From positions 4,027-68,026 of the forward strand of contig CAZOHA010000002.1 of the NCBI GenBank assembly GCA_964579515.1: a DNA stretch of 64,000 bases. Reading direction: 5' to 3'. Below the pieces are notes generated by a model. That model was not told the DNA's origin. It saw only the letters and a list, made by a program, of their open reading frames with translations, and made no database searches. How positions within the stretch are numbered: the first letter of the stretch is position 1; every line of letters begins with the position of its first letter. Below are positions 37,035 through 46,018 of the stretch, one piece after another. A program made the translations under genes and the position numbers. This stretch comes from an uncultured Bacteroides sp. (GTDB lineage: Bacteria > Bacteroidota > Bacteroidia > Bacteroidales > GCA-2748055).

Positions 37035-37982
37035 CTAGCAAATTTCTTCTGCGTTCCGGTGGAGGATCCGCTCCAGTGATCCATCCGGAAGTTTCATGGA
37101 GTGCAGGAGGTCCAGCAGCGGAAACCCTGTATTGTCGGTCCCGTAAAGCACCTTCCTGTGGTGTTTGTCCAGGAAGATACGTGCCTGCTCCCGGTCCCGG
37201 CGGAGGGCATTAAATCCGCTGGTCCCGGAAATATCACAGTACAGATTGTCGTATTGCTCCAGCAGGCGGTCGATGATACCGAATGAACGAATGGTTCCTT
37301 TCTGGTGGATGAACCGGGGGTGTCTCTCCTCGGCAATATGGTTCCAGAAATCAGGCCCGTGACCGATAAACCGGATCCCCGGGAACTGACCGATCCTTTT
37401 CTCCAGCGACTGGAAATCGAACAGAATGCCGGGGAACCAGACCCGGTTCCTGCCGATCTTTTTCCGCAGGATCCCGGTGGATTCAGCCAGCCGGTTCAGG
37501 TAGTATCGGGTGATCCCGTTGAACTTGTCATTCAACAACCGCTCCAGGATCCACTCCAGGTAGCCCTCCCTTTCCTGGATGTAGTGCCACCTGGGCTCTT
37601 CCATATGGAAAACCAGGGGCCATCTCCGCAGCTCCACCTTCTCCAGGTAGCTCTCTATGAGCGGATCGTCCCACCGGCGGGAGACCTTCAGTTCCCCGCA
37701 TCCCCGGATCCCTTTCCGCGTATATGTTTCCAGCAGCCGGTCCAGATCCTCCGATGCGGGATCGGGTGCGTAAAACGGCACAAAACGGCCGGGGTAGCGT
37801 TCCACCGCTTCCATCATAGGCCCGGTGGATAAGGGCTGGTAAAGATCTGAAACCGGGGGATCCCTTTCCTCCCAGGTAAGCAGCCAGGTGAGCTCCACAC
37901 CGCTGCGGTCCATATGGCTGATGATCTCCTCCGCTCCCTGGCCTGAAAGACCGATATGCATATGGGCGTCAATGATCTTCAC
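37035..37982 (-). CDS. Amidohydrolase-family (TIM-barrel metal-dependent hydrolase) protein
   Basis: 315 aa. MKIIDAHMHIG is the classic HxH metal-binding start. Later His/Asp positions are present (FIGHGPDF, YGTDN). Confidence 0.75.
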   Translation of the reverse strand: MKIIDAHMHIGLSGQGAEEIISHMDRSGVELTWLLTWEERDPPVSDLYQPLSTGPMMEAVERYPGRFVPFYAPDPASEDLDRLLETYTRKGIRGCGELKVSRRWDDPLIESYLEKVELRRWPLVFHMEEPRWHYIQEREGYLEWILERLLNDKFNGITRYYLNRLAESTGILRKKIGRNRVWFPGILFDFQSLEKRIGQFPGIRFIGHGPDFWNHIAEERHPRFIHQKGTIRSFGIIDRLLEQYDNLYCDISGTSGFNALRRDREQARIFLDKHHRKVLYGTDNTGFPLLDLLHSMKLPDGSLERILHRNAEEIC

Positions 37983-38196
37983 GCTCTTTGTGGGGTCTTT
38001 TCAGGATTTGATATATCAGCCGGTTGATCTCCTCCGGTCTGGTCAGCATCATCATACGGGATCCTCCGGGAACAAGATAATCAACTTTCACATTCCTGAC
38101 CGGAATGGTGTGGTCTTTATCTCCGTGAATAAGTACAATCCCCGGTCCGTACAATCCCCGGTCCATACAGAACCTGAAACTATGGATCTCCCTCAT
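37969..38196 (-). pseudogene. Probable relic of an alpha/beta-hydrolase gene (C-terminal ~75 codons only)
   Basis: GPGIVLIHGDKDHTIPV...VPGGSRMMMLTRPEEINRLIYQIL mirrors the final acid/His segment of alpha/beta hydrolases. The expected catalytic His position reads Arg, and no nucleophile-elbow region is present. It overlaps both neighbours (17 and 14 nt). Confidence 0.4.
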
Positions 38197-38836
38197 TATA
38201 CAGGTCTAGTGTGGTTACCATCCGGGCATATCGAATACCGAACCCGATATCCGCCATGGAGATACTATATTTATCATACCATTCACCCGCTTCAGTGGCG
38301 GCGTAAAGCTCCACCGAACGGATGCCAGCCTCCCAGGCCACTCTGGCCGGTACCCCTCCCATACCGGGGATCCTGGAAAGGTCGCAGAGTTCCCAGAGCT
38401 CCTTCAGCCTTTCCCGTGGGATCCCTGTGCGGAGGGCCAGTTCATCCCGGGATGCGGGTGAATATGCCATTTCGTAATAATCCATGGTGTCACTGATGCC
38501 CCTGGATCTCAGTGCCTCTGTATATTCAAAGGGAATGCCCGGAAAACGGGAAAGGGGGTAGGGCACTGTGAAGCACCTCTCGGCCTGGTTGCGGAGGTCC
38601 CTCAGGTAACCGGAGGGTAATCCCGAGCGTTGTGCAAGTTCTTCCAGGACCTCCGTAGTCTGGAGGGAGCGGACCAGATCCTTCAGGTTCCCTATTCCCG
38701 AAGTTTTGAGCTGTTCCAGCCGGTCTTTCCCGTCATCCGGGAACCTGTTGCTGCCTTCCGGTCTCTCTCCGGAGAGGCATAATACAAAGAATTGTTCCAG
38801 AGGTATCCGGGCCGGATCAGGATGGTACCGGGCCAT
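38180..38836 (-). CDS. DUF4332-like helix-hairpin-helix protein
   Basis: 218 aa. There are two HhH-like units (LKTSGIGNLKDLV; CDLSRIPGMGGVPARVAWEAGIRSVELYA). The family assignment is from memory. Confidence 0.6.
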   Translation of the reverse strand: MARYHPDPARIPLEQFFVLCLSGERPEGSNRFPDDGKDRLEQLKTSGIGNLKDLVRSLQTTEVLEELAQRSGLPSGYLRDLRNQAERCFTVPYPLSRFPGIPFEYTEALRSRGISDTMDYYEMAYSPASRDELALRTGIPRERLKELWELCDLSRIPGMGGVPARVAWEAGIRSVELYAATEAGEWYDKYSISMADIGFGIRYARMVTTLDLYNEGDP

Positions 38837-38840
38837 GGGT

Positions 38841-40532
38841 TCAGGGTTTTATGCCCAGCAGGACCAGGGGGTGTTCACTCCGGAGGGTCACCATTCCGTT
38901 ATGGACCTCGACTGTGGTTCCGGAGTAATACTCCAGCAGTTCGGTGCCCTCTTCGAACAATTGCCCGACAGCGATCTCCTTGGGTCCCGCATCCAGGTCG
39001 AGTCCCACGATCACCCGGTCGCTGTACGTACCGGACGACAGCTCCCTGGAAAAAAGATAAGGTTCCGGACTGATCATCCGGTGTACTCCCGCCCCCACCG
39101 CCGGGTGGTCCCTCCGGAACTGCCCCAGTTTACGGTAGTGCTCCAGCACCTCCCGGATGGAAAAGCCGTTGCGGTTCACATTTTGCTCCAGCTCCTCCCA
39201 GTTCATATTGCTCCGCAGATTCGCATCCCCGACGGCCCCCGGGACCTCCAACTTCCTGCTGGTCTCATCGCCGTAATAGAGCTGGACGGCTCCGGGGCAG
39301 AGCATCAGCCTGGTGGCCGCCTCCAGCGGCCTTTCCCGCTGTTTGTCGAAGGGCCCGCCGTCGTCATGGGAGGAGAGATAATTGAGCACCCCCACCCCTT
39401 CCAGGGGGCCATGGAGTTGATCGGAATAGAAGGAGAACAACTCTTCGTAAGATTGTCCGGCACTCTCCTTGAACTGGAAATTGATCAGGGCATCGATGGA
39501 GTGTGAATAGAAATCGACATTCCGGTCCCCGAACCAGTAATCCCTGCCCGAGGAGATCCCGTAACCATAGACTTCTCCCACCATGTAGAAGTCCCGGTCG
39601 TCGGGCAACTTTCCGGGATGGGCCTCTTTCCATTCCCGGAAGGCGATCGCGGCCTCCTTTCCCAGTTCACTCCAGACCGATTCCTCCACATGTTTGGCGG
39701 TGTCGAGCCGGTATCCGTCAATCCCGTAACGGCGTATGAAATCGGTGAGCCATTTGATCAGGTAGAAACGGGGAGCCCTGGGATAGCCCGTACGCTGAAA
39801 GAAGCTGTCCAGTCCGGCCAGTTCCCGGTCGAGCCGTCCCTCCGATTCCCATTTCTCCAGAAGCCGGGGAGGGAGCTCCACCGGCTGGTCCGATCCGGTC
39901 CGGATATCGGGAAGGTTTTCCACCAGGGTGCAGGTCACCGTCGATTCGTAGTCCTGGTAGGTACAGGGCGGACCGGTGCGTACCCACTCATCCGGCCAGA
40001 CCGGGTCCTTTTCGGTCACCGGGCCGGTATGATTGATCACCACATCCATTATCACCCGGATCCCCCGGGAATGGGCGGCTTCCACCAGTCTGGCCAGCTC
40101 CTCTTCGGTACCGAAGTTGGGATCGATCCGGGTCCAGTCCTTTGCCCAGTAGCCGTGATAGCCATAGGTTTTCCCGGTGCCTTCGTCGGTGGAGCCGTGG
40201 ATCTGTTCAAAGAAAGGGGTCATCCAGATGGCGCTGACCCCCAGACTGTCGAAATAGCCCTCCTCGATCTTCCGGATCACCCCCTGAAAATCACCTCCTT
40301 CGAATCCCCTCCCTGTGGCAGTCGGTCCGGTCCGCCCGAAGTTCACGTCATTGGAGGGGTCGCCGTTGAGGAAGCGGTCGGTCAGCAGAAAATAGATGGT
40401 GGCATTTTCCCATAGAAAGGGAACCTCTTCTCCCGATGCTGCTTCAGCACCTGGCGAACTGCAGGCTCCTGCGATCCCCAGGGCGAGGGCTGCGGTCAGG
40501 AGTGTTGTGAAAATCAAATGCGTGTATTTCAT
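38841..40532 (-). CDS. GH13 alpha-amylase-family glycoside hydrolase (lipoprotein)
   Basis: 563 aa. Lipobox LGIAGAC. GH13 regions DVVINH, GIDGYRLDTAKH, MVGEVYG and YLSSHDD. Confidence 0.9.
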   Translation of the reverse strand: MKYTHLIFTTLLTAALALGIAGACSSPGAEAASGEEVPFLWENATIYFLLTDRFLNGDPSNDVNFGRTGPTATGRGFEGGDFQGVIRKIEEGYFDSLGVSAIWMTPFFEQIHGSTDEGTGKTYGYHGYWAKDWTRIDPNFGTEEELARLVEAAHSRGIRVIMDVVINHTGPVTEKDPVWPDEWVRTGPPCTYQDYESTVTCTLVENLPDIRTGSDQPVELPPRLLEKWESEGRLDRELAGLDSFFQRTGYPRAPRFYLIKWLTDFIRRYGIDGYRLDTAKHVEESVWSELGKEAAIAFREWKEAHPGKLPDDRDFYMVGEVYGYGISSGRDYWFGDRNVDFYSHSIDALINFQFKESAGQSYEELFSFYSDQLHGPLEGVGVLNYLSSHDDGGPFDKQRERPLEAATRLMLCPGAVQLYYGDETSRKLEVPGAVGDANLRSNMNWEELEQNVNRNGFSIREVLEHYRKLGQFRRDHPAVGAGVHRMISPEPYLFSRELSSGTYSDRVIVGLDLDAGPKEIAVGQLFEEGTELLEYYSGTTVEVHNGMVTLRSEHPLVLLGIKP

Positions 40533-42073
40533 TTATTTTCGATGATTTGTTTCAGGGTTTCAGCCATACTCTTCGTTCTTTCCGGATAGATTTCCGCCAG
40601 GTTGTGCTGTTCTCCCAGGTCCTCACCCAGGTGGTAGAGCTGTGGTAGTTCGGATGCTCCCGACTCGATGCGCTTGATCTCATCCATCCAGGCAGGGCTC
40701 CCTCCCTCCAGCGGCGAGATGTATTTCCACTCTCCTGTGCGCAATGAGAGCGAGAGGGCCTCCTCCACCAGGTATTCCCTTCCTTCGGGATCTTTCCCTG
40801 TCCAGGTCTCCAGAAGAGCCCAGCTGTCGGGTGCTTCGCCCTCCTTCAGCGGATGTCCCAGCAACTGGGCGATGGAGGCGTAGAGGTCCACCTGCCCGAT
40901 CAGGGCATCGCTGATCCCCGGTTCGATAGTGCCGGGCCAGGATACGATGGTCGGTACCCTGGTGCCTGCTTCGAAGTTGCTGTATTTCCCGCCCCTGAAG
41001 GGGCCCGGGGGCCGGTGCACTCCTGCCATCTCCACCGCCCGGTCCATATACCCGTCGTTGAGTACCGGTCCGTTGTCGGAGGTGAAGATGATCAGGGTCT
41101 GCTCCCTCAGCCCCAGTTCATCGAGGATTTCCATGATCTGGCCCGTGCACCAGTCCATCTGGGCAATCGCATCGCCCCGGGGGCCCATGGTACTGGCCCC
41201 CTCGAAGCGGGGATTCACCACCCGGGGAACATGGATGTCGTGGAAAGAGAAATAGAGGAAGAACGGACGGTCCCGGTTCTCGGTGATGAACGCTTTGGCC
41301 TTTCCGGTGAGAATATCCGGAAACTCCTCATCCTTCCACCAGGCCGATTCTCCCCCGGACATGTATCCGATTCGGCTGATCCCGTTGATGATGGTCTGTG
41401 AATGCTGCGGGTCGGCCTGCTGTTTAAGCAGACCGGAATGGGTGACTCCGGTGGGAAGATCCCCCACCTTCTCCTGGTAGCTGACCTGAATGGGATCGTC
41501 CGGATCGAGCCCCACCACCCGGCGATTCTCCACCCAGACGCATGGAACCCGGTCACCCGTGGCAGGGATCAGGTAACAATAGTCGAAACCGATCTCCAGC
41601 GGTCCGGGACGGATCTCCCCGTTCCAGTCCAGTTGCCCGTCACCCAGTCCCAGGTGCCACTTGCCGATCACCGCTGTCCGGTATCCCTCCTCCTTCAGCA
41701 TTCCGGGCAGAGTGGGGGTGCCGGGAGTGATCAGCAGGGGGGCGTCGCCGGGAAGGATCCGGGCATCGTTCCGGAAAGCATACGAGCCCGTGAGCAGGGT
41801 GTAGCGGGAGGGTGTGCATGTGGCTGCCGAACTGTGGGCGTCCTGGAACCGGATACCCATACGGTCGAGCTCGTTGATATGGGGAGTCTGCACTCCCACC
41901 GCCCCGTAGCTTTCCACATCGGCATATCCCAGATCGTCCACATAGATGATCACAATGTTGGGCGGACCCTGCGACCGGTAAGCAGTTGGATCAGCTCCAC
42001 CGCATGAAAACATAAATCCTGCCAGGACCGGGATCCAGATGGATCCGCTACGGAATCTCATTTTTCTTTTCAT
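40529..42073 (-). CDS. Cys-type sulfatase (arylsulfatase family)
   Basis: 514 aa. VIIYVDDLGYAD and the formylglycine motif CTPSRYTLLTG. Has a signal/lipobox (FMFSCGG). ATGA overlap with the GH13 start. Confidence 0.9.
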   Translation of the reverse strand: MKRKMRFRSGSIWIPVLAGFMFSCGGADPTAYRSQGPPNIVIIYVDDLGYADVESYGAVGVQTPHINELDRMGIRFQDAHSSAATCTPSRYTLLTGSYAFRNDARILPGDAPLLITPGTPTLPGMLKEEGYRTAVIGKWHLGLGDGQLDWNGEIRPGPLEIGFDYCYLIPATGDRVPCVWVENRRVVGLDPDDPIQVSYQEKVGDLPTGVTHSGLLKQQADPQHSQTIINGISRIGYMSGGESAWWKDEEFPDILTGKAKAFITENRDRPFFLYFSFHDIHVPRVVNPRFEGASTMGPRGDAIAQMDWCTGQIMEILDELGLREQTLIIFTSDNGPVLNDGYMDRAVEMAGVHRPPGPFRGGKYSNFEAGTRVPTIVSWPGTIEPGISDALIGQVDLYASIAQLLGHPLKEGEAPDSWALLETWTGKDPEGREYLVEEALSLSLRTGEWKYISPLEGGSPAWMDEIKRIESGASELPQLYHLGEDLGEQHNLAEIYPERTKSMAETLKQIIENK

Positions 42074-43550
42074 GGTTATCTGTTTCGGACCGGCCCTCTT
42101 TCCAGATCACCACCCGGTATCCCTGCTTTTCGATCCGCACGGTCACCCCGGGCGGGGGCAGGTCCCGGTAAGCCACACAGTCGATATAGAACATGGCTTC
42201 GATCGGGTAGGGCATATTAAAGAAAACGATTTTTTCCTCACCCCGGTGCGTTTCCGCCCACTCTTTTAACCGGCGGGTCATTCCGGTCGGATCGGTGCGC
42301 ACGGAGAAGGGCTTGATCCGCTCCAGGGAGTAGCGCACCGGCAGTGCCAGCAGGAGCAGCAGGATCAGGTTCACTATCCATTTCAGCCGGAAACGGGACC
42401 GGCAGACCTTCAGATAGTGCCAGAACACGCCTGTAATGATAAAAATGGCAGGGGCGGTAAAAAGCGTATAGGCCTGCATCTTTGACTCGGCCAGTGAGAA
42501 GAAGAGAAAGGGGACCAGGAACCAGGTGGTCAGGAGCAGTCTCCTTGTTTCAACGGGTTTACGTACCGTTTTCCAGAGAAACCAGGCCACAGGCAGGTAT
42601 ACCAGTTCTCCGTATATGATCCTCAGGTTGTTGAAATGATAGTAGAAGGGTCCTTCATGCCCCTCGATGGCCTCGGTCAGGTGCCTGAAATTATAGCTGC
42701 TTTCCCATGCCGCCTCCAGAGGGTATGCCCGGTGGATATAAAGGTGCCAGGGAAGTGCAACGGCAAGGGCAGTCAGCAGGATCCCCCCCAGGTGCAGGGC
42801 AGTTTCACGGCGGGTGAAATTGCCGGATCCGGCCATCATGAGCAGAGCCACCGGGAGAATGATCATTGCCGGGAGCCATTTCGAGAGCAGCGCCATTCCC
42901 AGAAAGATCCCGCAAAGCAGCTGGTAAACAGTTTTCTTCTGCCTGCTCAGTTGAAGGGCCGCCCAGATGGAGGCCAGGATGAAGAAGAGGAAGAAGACAT
43001 CGTAGTGATCGGTGGTGACCCGGCCTCCGGTGAGCTCGATGATCAATCCGTGGATCGTGAACAGGAAAGCGGCGATGAATCCCACCCTCCGGTTGTAGAG
43101 TTCGTTCCCGATGGACCATGTGAGGAGAATTCCCAGGGTCGAAAGCAGGATGGAGGGGATCCGCAGGGCCCATTCGTTCACTCCGAAAACTTTCATGCTC
43201 AGTGAGATGGACCAAAGTGGCAGGGGAGGTTTGTGGAGCCAGATATGGTTGGACAACCAGCTCCGGTAATCGTAATCGAGCAGGGGAGTCTCATAGAGGG
43301 TGGGGCGGAAGGGATGCTCCATCATGTTTTTCGCCACCAGCGCGTGGAAGCGCTCGTCCCACTCATGGAGGAACGGATCGGCCGCCACAAAGATCCTCAG
43401 GGCGAGTCCCGCCACCATCAGCCATATGACCGGGAGGGCTTCCCTTCCGCTCCGGTGAGCGACGGTTCCCCTCCAGATGCAGAGGATGGAGAACAGAAGT
43501 ACAGCAATTCCGGTGGTCACCTGGTCCATCAATGCAGCTAAAATAGTCAT
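42048..43550 (-). CDS. GT-C fold glycosyltransferase, family 39 / ArnT-PMT-like
   Basis: 500 aa, with more than 10 TM segments. The first-loop acidic motif is HEWDERFHA, and the topology is typical of polyprenyl-phosphate-sugar-dependent transferases. Confidence 0.8.
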   Translation of the reverse strand: MTILAALMDQVTTGIAVLLFSILCIWRGTVAHRSGREALPVIWLMVAGLALRIFVAADPFLHEWDERFHALVAKNMMEHPFRPTLYETPLLDYDYRSWLSNHIWLHKPPLPLWSISLSMKVFGVNEWALRIPSILLSTLGILLTWSIGNELYNRRVGFIAAFLFTIHGLIIELTGGRVTTDHYDVFFLFFILASIWAALQLSRQKKTVYQLLCGIFLGMALLSKWLPAMIILPVALLMMAGSGNFTRRETALHLGGILLTALAVALPWHLYIHRAYPLEAAWESSYNFRHLTEAIEGHEGPFYYHFNNLRIIYGELVYLPVAWFLWKTVRKPVETRRLLLTTWFLVPFLFFSLAESKMQAYTLFTAPAIFIITGVFWHYLKVCRSRFRLKWIVNLILLLLLALPVRYSLERIKPFSVRTDPTGMTRRLKEWAETHRGEEKIVFFNMPYPIEAMFYIDCVAYRDLPPPGVTVRIEKQGYRVVIWKEGRSETDNHEKKNEIP

Positions 43551-43568
43551 AGGCGCATGATCTGGTAA

Positions 43569-44471
43569 CTAGAAACAGTACCTGCCGGTGAACCGGAACG
43601 AGGTATAGGGAAAATCGGCCGATCCCTGCTGGATCCTCAGCTTCCAGAGCAGTGCCGAAGGCGGGTCAAAGGTCAGATCGAGCCTGCCCACCAGGGGACG
43701 GTCACCCAACTTCAGGTATCCCATATATCCCCCCGCATGGGGCTCGATCCGGAACCTCTCCGTTTCCAGTTGAAAGCCTGCTCCGTAAAGAAAGGCATCA
43801 TTCTGCCGGTAATTTTCCAGGTTGGTCTGGTAGACATAGAACCCGGCCTGCAGATGGGCACGGATCAGTCGTATGGTCCCTGTTCCCCTGTACAGTGCCT
43901 TACCCGCCGAGAGATCGAAAAAATATCCGGGGGCATCGGTATGCCGTGCTGCCTGGAATCCGGTGCCCGAGGCTGTTTTCAGGTTGATGGCCAGCATCAG
44001 GTCGGGGAGGAGGTCTCTTTCCCGCAACAGATGGATAAAGGTGCCGATATAGAGATCTCCCAGGCTGGTTCCCTTCCCGTCATACTCCCTGGAGCGCCTC
44101 CGGTCGCGGGTCAGGGTATCGGTCCGGTAGACTTCCACCGGCACGTAGGAGAGATCGATCCCTGCCCGGTCCGAAAAGAGCGGAACGTAGATCCTGGTAT
44201 ACAGATTGCCGGTCCGGTCCCCTTCACTCAGATGAAGCTCCGGACCCGCTTCAATGAACGGCGCCGCAGGGGGTGAACCGTCCCTGACTTCAGGTACGGG
44301 AAGGGCGTTGGGCCCCATATGGGCGGGGGAGAGGATCAGGTAGGCGGACCAGGGAGTAGTGCCGTCCCACCGGTGCTTCCGGTTCCACCAGGAGTAATCC
44401 TGGCCCGGGCTTTCGGCGGCGGCAAGGAGGAGGAGCCAGCAGCTGATACCTGTGAGCAGCTTATTCCTCAT
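43569..44471 (-). CDS. Secreted hypothetical protein, probable outer-membrane beta-barrel
   Basis: 300 aa. Signal peptide ...LLLAAAESPGQD. Alternating strands, with C-terminal ...FTGRYCF ending in Phe. Confidence 0.6.
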   Translation of the reverse strand: MRNKLLTGISCWLLLLAAAESPGQDYSWWNRKHRWDGTTPWSAYLILSPAHMGPNALPVPEVRDGSPPAAPFIEAGPELHLSEGDRTGNLYTRIYVPLFSDRAGIDLSYVPVEVYRTDTLTRDRRRSREYDGKGTSLGDLYIGTFIHLLRERDLLPDLMLAINLKTASGTGFQAARHTDAPGYFFDLSAGKALYRGTGTIRLIRAHLQAGFYVYQTNLENYRQNDAFLYGAGFQLETERFRIEPHAGGYMGYLKLGDRPLVGRLDLTFDPPSALLWKLRIQQGSADFPYTSFRFTGRYCF

Positions 44472-45468
44472 ATAGTTGCAGGATCACCTTTCCGCCTGTC
44501 ATCTGACGGGTGTACCGGTCGATCGCTTCGTTTACCTGTTCCATGGGAAAGACCTGCCGGATCTCCGACTGCAGCTCTCGTTTCATGTGTTTTTTGACCT
44601 TCCGGATGAACCGCAGTTTGAAAAGAAGGGATTTTCCGGAAAGCCACGCCCCCAGCTGGAATCCCCTCACCTGTTTGCCTTTCATCATCAGGTCGGAGGG
44701 TTCGGCCGTGACCGGATCCTCCGACAGGCGGGCGTAGTTCACCATCACCGCCCCCTCGGGAGCGGCGGCAAGCAGACGGGCCGACTGCTCCCCGGCGATG
44801 GCATCCAGCAGCAGGGTGGCCCTCAGATCACGGGCCACCGAAGCCAGGTCGTCCGGAAACGAATCACTTCCCGAATCGAGGATATGGGTGGCTCCCGCCT
44901 GCTTCAGCTCCTCCACCTGGCCGGGTCTGCGGACGATATTGATCAGGGGCAGCCCGTAGTGGTTACAAAGACGGATCAGCATCCTGCCCAGCGAACTGGC
45001 GGCAGCTGTATTGATCACCGCCCGGTGACTTCCCTCCCTGGCCATCTGAAGGAAAGCCATGGCAGTCATCGGGTTCACCAGCATCATGGAGCCCTGCTCC
45101 GGGGAGATCCCTGAGGGCAGGGGAGCCACGTTGAATGCCGTGGTCACCATGTATTCTGCCCAGGTGCCGTCATTTTTGGTTCCCGGCGAACAGGCCACCT
45201 CTTTCCCCAGGCGGACTCTTCCCATTACTCCTCCGCCGGAAGCGATCACCCTTCCGCTGCCCTCCAGTCCCGGTGTGAACGGATAGGTGCGATCCAGGTA
45301 TCCCCTCCGGATCAGTGCCAGGTCGGACGGGTTCACCGGAGAGAACTTCATTTTTATCAATAATTCTCCCCTGGCGGGGGAGGGGACCGGCACATTCTCC
45401 ACTTTCAGAGGGCCACCCGGTTCACTGAGCCGCACGGCCCGCATCTGTTCTGGTAGTTTTTCTTTCAT
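44461..45468 (-). CDS. Medium-chain dehydrogenase/reductase (quinone oxidoreductase-like)
   Basis: 335 aa. GroES-like N-terminus (MRAVRLSEPGGPLKVENVPVP...GELLIKM). The Rossmann segment is AVINTAAASSLGRML. Confidence 0.8.
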   Translation of the reverse strand: MKEKLPEQMRAVRLSEPGGPLKVENVPVPSPARGELLIKMKFSPVNPSDLALIRRGYLDRTYPFTPGLEGSGRVIASGGGVMGRVRLGKEVACSPGTKNDGTWAEYMVTTAFNVAPLPSGISPEQGSMMLVNPMTAMAFLQMAREGSHRAVINTAAASSLGRMLIRLCNHYGLPLINIVRRPGQVEELKQAGATHILDSGSDSFPDDLASVARDLRATLLLDAIAGEQSARLLAAAPEGAVMVNYARLSEDPVTAEPSDLMMKGKQVRGFQLGAWLSGKSLLFKLRFIRKVKKHMKRELQSEIRQVFPMEQVNEAIDRYTRQMTGGKVILQLYEE

Positions 45469-45481
45469 CTCTGCTATCGGT

Positions 45482-46018
45482 TTAAGTGATCCTTTCCGAG
45501 AGGCTTTCCGGAGTCTCCCTGCCGGTCCGAATGATCCGTTCCCGGGAGATGCCCCATCGGACGGCCACCTCCTCTGCCAGCGGCAGCCGGACGATCCACA
45601 GCTGCAGGATCTCCCTTTTTCCCGTCAGCTCATCCAGCAATCCGCTCCATCCGCCGCCCTCCAGCTCCAGGGGCCCCACTTCGTCCACCACCAGCAGCGA
45701 TGGCCGGCTGTGGACCGCCTCCCTGATCCACTGTTCGCCAGCATGGAAGGCTTCCGGGTGGAACCAGAAACGGCGAAAAGGGATCCAGCCCGCTCGTTGC
45801 CGGGTCCCTGCAAGGATCAGTCTCTCACCGGTGCGGATATTCACCAGGTGAAAGCCGGCCCGCACTCCTTCGCTGAACCATCCCGGACAGAGAAAACCGC
45901 CGGCGGGGGTGTCGCGTGCCTCCAGAATGCCGGCCAGCCTGCCGGCGAAGGTGGTTTTCCCCCCCTGTACCGGCCCTGTCAGCAGATGGATGCCCCGCTG
46001 CAAAGGGGTGGCGTTCAT
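45482..46018 (-). CDS. Small P-loop NTPase (THEP1/DUF2478-like)
   Basis: 178 aa. Walker A GPVQGGKT and Walker B LLVVDEVGPLE. The ATG overlaps the decarboxylase stop (ATGA). Confidence 0.7.
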   Translation of the reverse strand: MNATPLQRGIHLLTGPVQGGKTTFAGRLAGILEARDTPAGGFLCPGWFSEGVRAGFHLVNIRTGERLILAGTRQRAGWIPFRRFWFHPEAFHAGEQWIREAVHSRPSLLVVDEVGPLELEGGGWSGLLDELTGKREILQLWIVRLPLAEEVAVRWGISRERIIRTGRETPESLSERIT

